NCBI GenBank assembly: GCA_041662745.1 | Contig: JBAZRV010000004.1 | Span: 6,315-70,314, forward strand | Length of the DNA stretch: 64,000 nt | From: Patescibacteria group bacterium | GTDB lineage: Bacteria; Patescibacteriota; Patescibacteriia; 2-01-FULL-39-33 | Direction: 5' to 3' | Shown: one piece after another, positions 39,767-48,369 of the stretch | Position numbering within the stretch: position 1 is the stretch's first letter | Layout: each line of letters opens with the position of its first letter | Translations under genes and position numbers: made by a program | The notes under the pieces: generated by a model | The model's database searches: none | Told to the model about the DNA's origin: nothing | The model's input: only the letters and a program-made list of their open reading frames with translations

Positions 39767-40648
39767 TCAAGAGATCTTGTTGACCAAGCTGCGCAATTCT
39801 TCATTGGAAAAAAATTTAATGGTGATCTGGCCCACCCCGCCGTGGCGCCTAATCTCTACCTTGGTGCCCAAAGCCGAAGCCACATCTTCCTCCATTTGCT
39901 TTGCCTCCGGATCAAATGATATTTTGCGCAAATTCCTCTTGACGACAATCACCTTCGCCGCTCTTTCGGCTTCGCGCACGCTCATCTTGTTCTCCAATAT
40001 TCGCTGTAAGCCGTCAAATTGCTCGTCTTGAGGCAGGCCGGCCAAGGTGCGCGCATGCCCTTCGGACAAACGGCCGTCAACGATCGCTTCTTTGACTTCC
40101 GGTATCAGATTCAACAAACGCAAACTGTTAGCCACCGCTGAAGTGCTTTTGCCGACTTTTTTGGCCAACTCCACCCGGCTGAGATTAAATTCATCCTCTA
40201 ATTTCTTATAGGCCATGGCCACCTCCAACGAATTCAAATCTTCGCGTTGCAAGTTCTCAATCAAAGCCAGCTCCATTTTCTTCTGTTCGCTTACCTCCCT
40301 GATGATTGACGGCACGGTTTTTAATCCGGCCAGCTTGGCGGCTTTAAGGCGGCGTTCGCCGGCAATCAGTTCGTAATCATCGCCCTTCTTGGTTACGATC
40401 AACGGTTGGATGATACCATGTTCCCTGATGGACTCGGCTAAATCGTTTAAAGCATCAACATCAAAGCTTTGCCGCGGTTGATGCGGATTAGGCAGTATTT
40501 TCTCTACCAGCAACTGATTGATTCGCTCGTGGCTTTCAATCACCTCTTTAATTGTCGGATCAATCAAGCCGATGTTATTGTCGATCTTTTTGCCGGCGGG
40601 TATGAGCGAACCCAAGCCGCGGCCTAAGCCGGAAGGACGGGTGGACAT
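39767..40648 (-). CDS. parB: ParB/Spo0J partition protein
   Basis: GLGRGLGSLIP motif and an HTH. Confidence 0.85.
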   Translation of the reverse strand: MSTRPSGLGRGLGSLIPAGKKIDNNIGLIDPTIKEVIESHERINQLLVEKILPNPHQPRQSFDVDALNDLAESIREHGIIQPLIVTKKGDDYELIAGERRLKAAKLAGLKTVPSIIREVSEQKKMELALIENLQREDLNSLEVAMAYKKLEDEFNLSRVELAKKVGKSTSAVANSLRLLNLIPEVKEAIVDGRLSEGHARTLAGLPQDEQFDGLQRILENKMSVREAERAAKVIVVKRNLRKISFDPEAKQMEEDVASALGTKVEIRRHGGVGQITIKFFSNEELRSLVNKIS

Positions 40649-40654
40649 ATATAT

Positions 40655-40990
40655 TTTTATTTTATTTTATATTGTCATTCCCGCGTACCTTGCCTACCGA
40701 CAGGCAGGGGCGGGAATCCAGGTTTTCTTGTCGTCCTGATCGTAATGAGGGATCTAAAGTTAAATTCAAATTTATTTCTGATACCTTTCTCTATGAGAAA
40801 GGTATCTCCAAAGAGTCGCGAGCGAAGCATAAATCATGGCCTCTTGTCATTCTGAGCAAAGCGAAGAATCTCAGGTTTAAACTTTAGATCCTTCGTTTTC
40901 GCTCCCGCCTCGCTTCCGCTTCACTCGGGATGACGAAAAGGAAACTGAATCTAATTCTTGAATTCTCTGGTCGTTCCCGCATAAAGTCGC
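40655..40990. repeat. Cluster of MITE-like palindromic elements in the parB-parA spacer
   Basis: GTCATTCCCGCG...GGCGGGAATCCAGGTT at about 40676-40726. GTCATTCTGAGCAAAGCGAAGAATCTCAGGTTT at about 40826-40860. An inverted partner CCTTCGTTTTCGCTCCCGCCTCGCTTCCGCTTCACTCGGGATGAC at about 40883-40932. The family also has a copy at 51886-51925. Confidence 0.6.
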
Positions 40991-41037
40991 GCAAGATTTT
41001 GTTATGCTCGCACATTGGAAACAAATTTGAAACAACT

Positions 41038-41805
41038 TCAATTATTCTCGGTCAAATACACAAATTCGCGCGCCAAACGCTCGTAAGCCTTAGCGCCCTT
41101 GGACTTGGGATCATAGCTCAAGATGGTTTTGCCATGGCTCGGCGCCTCCGACAAACGCACGCTGCGCGGAATGACCGTACGGAAAATCTGGTTGGGAAAA
41201 TAATTGTACAGCTCGCTCAGCACATCATTGGCCAGTTTGAAACGGCTGTCATACATGGTTAGGACTACGCCTAAGATATCCAATTCCGGTTTGAGATTTT
41301 CGCGGATCAAGCCGATGGTATCAACCAATTGGCCCAATCCCTCCAAGGCAAAATATTCCGCCTGCACCGGAATCATCAATTTATCAGCGGCGGTCAAGCC
41401 GTTTAAGGTCAGAAGTCCCAAAGAAGGGGGGCAATCTATGATGATATAATCGTAGTTGTTTTTGACCTCCAATAGATTATCATACAAGCGGAATTCGCGG
41501 CGATCCAAATTGACAAACTCCACATTGGCGCCGGCCAGCGAGGTGGTGGAAGGAGCCAAATGATAATTATCATGGCCGGTCTCTACGGCCACATCGGAGA
41601 AAGAATACGGCCCGGTCAAAACTTCATACACGCCGCGGTCTAAATTTTTGGCCACGCCCAAATGCGAAGTGGCATTGGATTGAGGATCAAGATCAACCAA
41701 AAGCACGCGTTTGCCCAAATGGCTTAAAAACGCGGCTAAATTAACGGAGGTGGTGGTCTTTCCGACTCCGCCTTTTTGATTGACAACGGAAATTACTTGT
41801 CCCAT
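41038..41805 (-). CDS. parA: ParA/Soj partition ATPase
   Basis: NQKGGVGKTTT deviant Walker A motif. Confidence 0.85.
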   Translation of the reverse strand: MGQVISVVNQKGGVGKTTTSVNLAAFLSHLGKRVLLVDLDPQSNATSHLGVAKNLDRGVYEVLTGPYSFSDVAVETGHDNYHLAPSTTSLAGANVEFVNLDRREFRLYDNLLEVKNNYDYIIIDCPPSLGLLTLNGLTAADKLMIPVQAEYFALEGLGQLVDTIGLIRENLKPELDILGVVLTMYDSRFKLANDVLSELYNYFPNQIFRTVIPRSVRLSEAPSHGKTILSYDPKSKGAKAYERLAREFVYLTENN

Positions 41806-41890
41806 AACGGATTAATTATAACATAAAATTATCAACGAAGCAAAATCAAACAAAAATAAAAGCCAGCCTAACGCTGACGTTTCATTTCAG

Positions 41891-41962
<72 letters not shown>

Positions 41963-42425
41963 AAAACATGGCATATGGCTAATGGCATATAACTTATGGT
42001 TTAATTATTAACTATAAGCTATGTGCCATTTGCTATGCGCTATCTGTTGACTGGCTCGGTTGTGAACCAGCCAATATCAAGTATTATAAGGTATTTTGAG
42101 GAATTTGTCAAAGGCCGGTTTGAGGCCTCTTGGTCTAGGGGAAAATGCGACAAATGCGACAGTACTTTGGCACTTCCAATTTTATAATTCTGAAGGGTTA
42201 AATGAGACAAATGAGACACCTATAGTGTGTTTTGAAAATAGTATCAAAAGCACGTTTTATGTTTAATTTTAGATTAAAATTTGATGAGACAGCCCGATGA
42301 TGATTGTCTCATTTGCTAAATGCGATTTTTGCCAGCTCTTGACAGAATTTGAGCTTACATTTATGATTAAACATCTAGTTGTATTTGCGCTACTACCAAA
42401 TTATTTGTTATAATATAGTCAACCT

Positions 42426-42962
42426 ATGAATATTCCCCTAGTAAAATTAAAAGCAATCCTTTTGTACTTCGGGACATTTACTGAACAACGTTTTCTCGGC
42501 AAGGTAAAACTCATGAAGTTATTCTACTTCTTGGATTTTATGCATGTCAAAAAATTCGGTTCTCCGGTAACTTACGATAATTATATCAAACTAGAGCATG
42601 GGCCCATTCCCTCTGCAATAAAGAACATGGTAGACACTGCGGAGGATGATGTGGATAATTCAGTCTTGTCTGATACTATAAAAATTGAAATGGCTGACGG
42701 AGAAGGAATCCATAGAATTGTCGCTCTAAGAAAGTTCACTGAAAATGACAAAAAATATTTCACGCCGACAGAAATTAATATACTGGAAACCGTAGTAGAA
42801 AGATTTGGTAGCAAGAATACGAAGTTCATCGAAGACGCCTCTCACAATGAAGCCCCCTGGAAAGAGACTTCATTTATGGATTCAATTCCGTATTGGCTGG
42901 CTACGCATGATAATGACTGCCAGGTAAGCAGGGAGGAAATTGAGTTAATGTTGTCAATCTAG
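42426..42962 (+). CDS. Panacea-domain (DUF4065, SocA-like) protein, a putative antitoxin
   Basis: KLMKLFYFLDFMHVKKFGSPVTYDNYIKLEHGPIPS matches the DUF4065/Panacea core. Confidence 0.55.
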   Translation: MNIPLVKLKAILLYFGTFTEQRFLGKVKLMKLFYFLDFMHVKKFGSPVTYDNYIKLEHGPIPSAIKNMVDTAEDDVDNSVLSDTIKIEMADGEGIHRIVALRKFTENDKKYFTPTEINILETVVERFGSKNTKFIEDASHNEAPWKETSFMDSIPYWLATHDNDCQVSREEIELMLSI

Positions 42963-42966
42963 CCAT

Positions 42967-43359
42967 ATGGATGCTTTACTATTCGGCGATATATTTAGAT
43001 TTAGGGAGGAAGAATATGTCTACCTGGCTTCAGGCGACGGAGTCGATTTTGCGGCCAGAATCCTCAATACTTTTAATACCAACCAAATAGTGGAGTTGGA
43101 TAACCGAAAGGCAATGGGCCATGGCGCAAACAGGACTAATAGCAATCCGCTTTATTGCTATGTTATTTTGCAGACGGATGAATATAAGAATCAAGCAGCG
43201 CACTTCAAGGATAGCCAATATGATTCCGGCCGGCTAATGTTCGAAAAAACCGGTTCGTTATGCGCTGAAGACCAACAGGAAATCAAGAAGAAAATAATTG
43301 ATCCAGCCAGTCCGATCCCATTGGGTCTTAGAGATATAATTTTAAACATGGATATATAG
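42967..43359 (+). CDS. Hypothetical 130-aa protein, a candidate toxin partner of the Panacea-domain protein
   Basis: It starts 4 bp after the Panacea ORF stop and is co-oriented with it. No recognised domain. Confidence 0.4.
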   Translation: MDALLFGDIFRFREEEYVYLASGDGVDFAARILNTFNTNQIVELDNRKAMGHGANRTNSNPLYCYVILQTDEYKNQAAHFKDSQYDSGRLMFEKTGSLCAEDQQEIKKKIIDPASPIPLGLRDIILNMDI

Positions 43360-43458
43360 AAACAGATAAAAAAAGACATCCTGCGAGGGATGTTTTTTGA
43401 TTAATTGACCGATAGTTAGCCATCATATATAATTAAGCTATCACCATGAAAGAAACCC

Positions 43459-43674
43459 TTATGCAGATCCGTCTGCCTCGGGGGTTTTTTCTTTTTGGCC
43501 GATAAACAGGTAAATATAGGCGGCTTGGAATTTTTGGCTGAGCCAGCCGTGGAATTTTTTGTAATCAATGGCAAATCCCAGCTCCTGGGCGCTGCGGTAA
43601 AGGTTATTGCCGTCGATGTAAATGTTGATTTTGGACATGAGATTATGATATCGGGCTATAAACATGACAATCAA
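43459..43674 (-). pseudogene. N-terminal fragment of a NYN/LabA-like domain gene
   Basis: INIYIDGNNLYRSAQ...YIYLFIG aligns with the N-terminus of the full NYN protein at 50866-51402 (AFIDSNNLYQS...FLFIGF). The fragment breaks off after 71 aa. Confidence 0.5.
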
Positions 43675-43680
43675 ACTAAT

Positions 43681-45690
43681 TTATTTAACTTTAAATTCCC
43701 TAGCTTGTTCTTTTTCTGTCCTTTGCCATTTTTCAAATTCAACTGGAATACCATTTTCTCTCCAAAACTCAGCCCAATCTTTATACGCCTCAATTAGATA
43801 GGGAAATCTTCCAATTTTTCTTGCTGCACTCCTTGCATAACCATCGCTTAAATAAAAATCTCTAACCAACTTTTTTTGTGACGCCACGATTTCGCCAACA
43901 TCCACGGAGGATTCAATTGTCGGCGCCTCTTGGTCTAACACCTCCCATTCATCCCATCCCTCGCTTATCAATTCATCAAGTGTTTTATCAGTATCAATAA
44001 TTTCACCATTAGCATCATTATATTTTAATTTTGCAGTCCTTCCTAGAGCTGTTTCTGGGTATGGCGTTTCTGGGGCGACTCTTATATGATCAATTTCTAA
44101 AAATCTCTCTCTTTCTCCATCTCTTAATCCAAATCTTTCTGCAACTAAATCAGATAGCTCTGTTGCCGTATAAGTATTGGCATTTTCTCCCTCTTGTGAC
44201 GATTCAGCTTGTCTATCAAAAATAAATTCCACTGCCTGGCGGAGAAGTTCATAATCAGAAAAAAGCTGTTTTGGAATCTCCAGTTCTAACAATACTCTTG
44301 CCTTTTGCTCGAATAATTCGTCCTGGTTTTCTCTGCCCCAAACAAAATATCCTCTAGTAAACATTCCAAGGTCGCTTGATCGTTTTAATGACCAAACAGC
44401 ATTAGTATATTTTTTTATACCCTCCTGCATTAACTTCTCTCTATCAGCTTCTCCAGTCGGCCTTTTAAGGTTAACCACGTCAATGGGATTAAATGCTTCT
44501 ATTCCTATTCCAATTTTAGAACAACCAGATTTTTTCATAAGCTCCAAAACCTTCTCCGCTTTTCCGCTTACTATTTCCTTTTCGTCGAAAGCTCTTGCCA
44601 GACAAAACCAGTGCACCAATTCTTTATCCTCATCGCTGAATACGCCACTTTTAATCATTTTCAAGCATAGGTCTTCGACATGCTGAATATTTTCGTTAAA
44701 AGTCAAATCTGCAAAATATACAAAATTTGTCCTATATTCAGGATCATCATGATATTTCTTTATTTCAGTGACTATCGATTTCGGATCCCTATACTTTACT
44801 GGCGTTCTATACCTACCACTGCCAGTATCCTCGCCCCAAACCATGGGAGAACTGCAAAACTCACAATTACCTGGGCAACCGCGACAGGAAGAAATCTGAA
44901 TTTCACCTCTTATCTCCTTATGAGAAGGAAAACTACCAAATTGAGTACAGTCTACACTTGAAGGCACCTCCTTAACACCTTCAACCACCCCGTCATTATT
45001 TTTGACGGGAACAACGATCCTCCTATACGCTTCAGGCAATACTTCGAGTTCCTTGTTGGTCATCCTTTTTCTCGGTCTGAATTCATTTACGGCCCCATCC
45101 TCTCTATAAATAATTCCCTCAACTCCAGAAAAATCAGCTTGCCCTTCTTCAACTTTTTTCGCTAATTCTAAAATAGTTTCCTCACCCTCTCCAATAACAA
45201 AAAAATCGACTAAACTAATATTGTCTCCTAATTCTTTTTTCAATTCCTCTTCCCAGGCATTATATTTTTTACTTAAATAAACTTTATCTTTCATGGCAGA
45301 TATATGATAGCCGCCGATTACAATCTTTATTTCTGGATCAGCTTCTTTAATTTTTTTAGCGATCTGCAATGCGCGGTTAAACAGCGGAGTAATAGCACTA
45401 ATTCCAACCATCATACAATCTCCCTGCCTTTTAATGACTTCAGCAATATCTTCGTCAGTTATGTTTATGGGTTCTTCGCCCTCGGGAGTTCCGTCTAACG
45501 CAATCTCGATGTGTTTTCTTTTTACTGGCCTTTGATGAATTAGAGAAACATCAAAACCTCCTCGATCTTTCAAAAATCCTCCTAGTGTTTCTATGGCATA
45601 TGGAGGAGCCTGATTGCCCCTTTTTGCTGGTTCTGGTGTAAAATTCATGCCACCTATGGGCTCAATTAAAATAACTCTTGATTTTGGCAT
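43681..45690 (-). CDS. B12-binding-domain radical SAM protein with a 200-aa C-terminal extension
   Basis: An N-terminal B12-binding-like region is followed by CPGNCEFC (CxxxCxxC). The C-terminal 200 aa has no match I can recognise. Confidence 0.65.
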   Translation of the reverse strand: MPKSRVILIEPIGGMNFTPEPAKRGNQAPPYAIETLGGFLKDRGGFDVSLIHQRPVKRKHIEIALDGTPEGEEPINITDEDIAEVIKRQGDCMMVGISAITPLFNRALQIAKKIKEADPEIKIVIGGYHISAMKDKVYLSKKYNAWEEELKKELGDNISLVDFFVIGEGEETILELAKKVEEGQADFSGVEGIIYREDGAVNEFRPRKRMTNKELEVLPEAYRRIVVPVKNNDGVVEGVKEVPSSVDCTQFGSFPSHKEIRGEIQISSCRGCPGNCEFCSSPMVWGEDTGSGRYRTPVKYRDPKSIVTEIKKYHDDPEYRTNFVYFADLTFNENIQHVEDLCLKMIKSGVFSDEDKELVHWFCLARAFDEKEIVSGKAEKVLELMKKSGCSKIGIGIEAFNPIDVVNLKRPTGEADREKLMQEGIKKYTNAVWSLKRSSDLGMFTRGYFVWGRENQDELFEQKARVLLELEIPKQLFSDYELLRQAVEFIFDRQAESSQEGENANTYTATELSDLVAERFGLRDGERERFLEIDHIRVAPETPYPETALGRTAKLKYNDANGEIIDTDKTLDELISEGWDEWEVLDQEAPTIESSVDVGEIVASQKKLVRDFYLSDGYARSAARKIGRFPYLIEAYKDWAEFWRENGIPVEFEKWQRTEKEQAREFKVK

Positions 45691-45888
45691 ATGAGAAATT
45701 AACTATTATTTCCTATATTTTACTACCTTTTAAGTCCTATTGCAAACTTAAAACTTATCAACTCTTTACCTACTCCAACCATCCTGGACTCCTCAAGAGG
45801 GTTGCGTCATCAATGTCCATAGTAATAACCAAAAACTATAGACAACAACCAAAAATCAAGGGTTTCAAGTGATTTTCAAGGCGATTTA

Positions 45889-47151
45889 GTGCCACTTAAG
45901 TACTGCCTTTATGCCAGAAAATCGACCGAGGCCGATGACAAGCAAGTGTTATCCATCGAATCCCAAGTCAAAGAGATGCTGGCTCTGGCTAGCAAGGATT
46001 CCTTAGATGTAGTAGAAATCAAGCGGGAAGCCCACTCATCTAAGGATGTTGGCCAAAGGCCGATTTACAACGAAATGATTTCTGAAATCAGAGCGGGCAA
46101 GTTTAACGGCATTCTGACCTGGGCGCCGGATCGGCTCAGCCGCAATGCCGGAGATTTGGGCTCAGTTGTGGATTTGATGGATCAGAAACTACTTTTGGAA
46201 ATCAGGACGTATGGCCAGAAGTTCAGCAATAATCCCAATGAGAAATTCCTGTTAATGATTTTAGGCAGCCAAGCCAAGCTGGAAAATGACAATAAAGCGA
46301 TTAACATTAAAAGAGGACTCCGAACCAGGTGCGAAATGGGCTGGCGGCCGGGCGTGGCTCCGACCGGATACTTAAATGAAAAACACGCCGACAAAAAGTG
46401 CCAATCCCGATTAGATCCCAAGAGAGCTGTCATTATCAAAAATATGTTCGAGAAATCGGCTAATGATAATTGGAGTGGCCGAAAAATCTACAGATGGCTT
46501 CGCGAGATTGACTTTAGAACTAAGACCGGCAAGCGATTAGTTTTGGCCAATGTCTATCTGATTTTAAGAAATCCATATTACTACGGTGAATTTGAATTCC
46601 CGGTGGGTAGTGGTAATTGGTACAGTGGCAAACATACGCCGATTATCACTAAGGAACTATTCGACAAAACGCAATTAGCCCTTAACGACCACAATCTACC
46701 TAAGACCGAGAGCAAGGAATTCGCCTTCACTAAACTAATTAAATGCGGCTATTGCGGTTCGGGCATTTCGGCTGATGAGAAATTCAAGAAGCTTAAAAAC
46801 GGCGGCACTAACCGCCATGTCTATTATTTTTGCTCCAAGGCCAGAAATATAGATTGCAAAAATCAACCGATTAATGAAACCAACTTAATCACTGAACTGG
46901 CCGGCTTAATCGATCGGATCAGCTTGGATGAACTGGGCGTCCAGCAGAAAATTGAGGATGAATTCAAAAGATACAACAAATTCAGAATCAGCGTGCTGGG
47001 TAAAAAGAATGAGGAATGCAATAGCGAAGTGGACATCAAGAATTTCGTCAAATACCTACTTAAAGACGGCACGATTCTGGAAAAACGAGAATTGCTTGCT
47101 TGCCTTAAAAGCAGATTGATCCTAAAAGACAGGCAAATCAGTTTGGAATAA
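45889..47151 (+). CDS. Large serine recombinase, 420 aa
   Basis: YARKSTEADDKQVLSIESQ...APDRLSRN catalytic motif and a C-terminal CGYCG...YYFCSK Zn ribbon. Confidence 0.8.
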   Translation: MPLKYCLYARKSTEADDKQVLSIESQVKEMLALASKDSLDVVEIKREAHSSKDVGQRPIYNEMISEIRAGKFNGILTWAPDRLSRNAGDLGSVVDLMDQKLLLEIRTYGQKFSNNPNEKFLLMILGSQAKLENDNKAINIKRGLRTRCEMGWRPGVAPTGYLNEKHADKKCQSRLDPKRAVIIKNMFEKSANDNWSGRKIYRWLREIDFRTKTGKRLVLANVYLILRNPYYYGEFEFPVGSGNWYSGKHTPIITKELFDKTQLALNDHNLPKTESKEFAFTKLIKCGYCGSGISADEKFKKLKNGGTNRHVYYFCSKARNIDCKNQPINETNLITELAGLIDRISLDELGVQQKIEDEFKRYNKFRISVLGKKNEECNSEVDIKNFVKYLLKDGTILEKRELLACLKSRLILKDRQISLE

Positions 47152-47164
47152 ATCTAAAACTAAA

Positions 47165-47192
47165 AATACCGCGGAAAAACCGCGGTATTTTG
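47165..47192 (+). terminator. Rho-independent terminator after the recombinase gene
   Basis: AATACCGCGGAAAAACCGCGGTATTTT. Confidence 0.65.
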
Positions 47193-47241
47193 TGGCTAAA
47201 TCAGTGATACCTCTCGGTCATTTGACTTAGCATAAGCGTGT

Positions 47242-47314
47242 TGCGGGGGGCGGATTCGAACCGCCGACCTCTTGGTTATGAGCCAAGCGAGCTGCCGGAC
47301 TGCTCTACCCCGCG
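47242..47314 (-). tRNA. Initiator tRNA-fMet (CAU)
   Basis: The reverse complement reads CGCGGGGTAGAGCAG...GGCTCATAACCAAG...GGTTCGAATCCGCCCCCCGCA, with the C1:A72 mismatch typical of bacterial initiator tRNA. Confidence 0.8.
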
Positions 47315-47359
47315 ATAATATTTTATTTTCCCTCTCTCCTTAAAAAGATGAGACTGGTG

Positions 47360-47441
47360 TGCCCGAGGAGAGACTCGAACTCTCACATATTGCTATACAC
47401 GATTTTGAGTCGTGCGCGTCTACCAGTTCCGCCACTCGGGC
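47360..47441 (-). tRNA. tRNA-Leu (CAA)
   Basis: The reverse complement reads GCCCGAGTGGCGGAACTGGTAGACGCGCACGACTCAAAATCGTG, followed by a long variable arm and GAGAGTTCGAGTCTCTCCTCGGGCA. Confidence 0.8.
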
Positions 47442-47446
47442 CTGAG

Positions 47447-47685
47447 TTATAACAAACTTTTTAACCATTCTTTACCACAACCTGACTTTAAATATTTTTC
47501 TCTTTGTCTTGCATCTATTCTCGTACTATACTTTTCTGTTATAATCATTTTAAATGGTCGATAAAATCTTGTTGTCCTCTCTCGTCCATTATTGTGGCGA
47601 CTAAATCTGTCATCAAAATCAGAGGTTTGACCGACATAAATATAATTATGTTTTATACTTTGCAAGGCATAAACAGTATACTCCA
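47447..47685 (-). CDS. GIY-YIG nuclease-superfamily protein (YhbQ/UPF0213-like), about 79 aa from the internal Met
   Basis: MEYTVYALQSIKHNYIYVGQTSDFDDRFSRHNNG...REKYLKSGCGKEW. The ORF-track start at 47749 lies inside the tRNA-derived sequence. Confidence 0.6.
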
Positions 47686-47699
47686 TAAGAAAAATATTT

Positions 47700-47755
47700 A
47701 AAGTCGTGCGCGCCTGCCTGCCGGCAGGCAGGTCTACCAGTTCCGCCACTCGGGC
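47700..47755 (-). other. Duplicated 5' half of tRNA-Leu (pseudo-tRNA or att-like remnant) carrying a 19-nt palindromic insertion
   Basis: The reverse complement reads GCCCGAGTGGCGGAACTGGTAGAC[CTGCCTGCCGGCAGGCAGG]CGCGCACGACTT. Outside the insertion it is identical to tRNA-Leu positions 1-37, and it ends inside the anticodon loop. Confidence 0.7.
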
Positions 47756-47883
47756 AATTTAGACTTTATTTATTTTATACTATTTTTTGAAAATTGTCAA
47801 ATATTTCAGAGTTTGATATAATTAAAACATTGTAAATCTGCCTATTTGAGCCTATTGTCATTCAAATAGCAGACCAAAACCAT

Positions 47884-48369
47884 ATGTTTATAACCGTACA
47901 TGCGGCCGCTTCAGCCGTTATCGGCAAGGAAATCGCCAACCCCTTTATTGCCTTCATTATCAGTTTTATCCTGCATTTTATTTTTGATATCATCCCGCAC
48001 GGCGATCGCGATTACTGCAAAAGATTTTTCGGCCTGCAATTCAAGCGCCTGAACGAGGAAGAAAAATTCAAATCCATGGCCTTATACAGTTTGATTGATA
48101 CCGTGGTTCTGGTTTTTTTCTTGCTCTTTTTATTTAAGAACTTCACTTGGGCCAAGGACGACAGTGTTATCTGGGCGATTATCGGCGGCATTATTCCCGA
48201 TTTTATCGTAGCGCTTTATATGCTGACCAAGTCCCGCTGGCTCAAAGGCTTTTTCATTTTCCATCATGAAAACCATAGCTTGATCAAACGCGATTTTCCG
48301 CTTTACGCCGGCATGATTTTCCAAATCGTAATTCTTTTTGGCCTGATCTCCTTGCTTTACCTGCTGTAA
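47884..48369 (+). CDS. Membrane-bound metal-dependent hydrolase-like protein (DUF457-like)
   Basis: Four TM helices and the H...D..PH pattern. Confidence 0.35.
   Translation: MFITVHAAASAVIGKEIANPFIAFIISFILHFIFDIIPHGDRDYCKRFFGLQFKRLNEEEKFKSMALYSLIDTVVLVFFLLFLFKNFTWAKDDSVIWAIIGGIIPDFIVALYMLTKSRWLKGFFIFHHENHSLIKRDFPLYAGMIFQIVILFGLISLLYLL

Noticed and set aside
40672-41262. ORFs 40672-40887(+) and 40930-41262(+)
   Set aside because: They translate the MITE-like palindromes and the antisense of parA. They show no coding features.
42120-42420. CRISPR array
   Set aside because: The repeats are only 9-11 nt, irregularly spaced and partly inverted, with no cas genes. They are operator or iteron-like, not CRISPR.
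47700-47755. A second tRNA-Leu with UUA anticodon (ochre suppressor)
   Set aside because: The 3' anticodon-stem strand, T arm and acceptor 3' strand are absent. The similarity stops in the anticodon loop where the GIY-YIG gene begins. It is a half-tRNA duplication.
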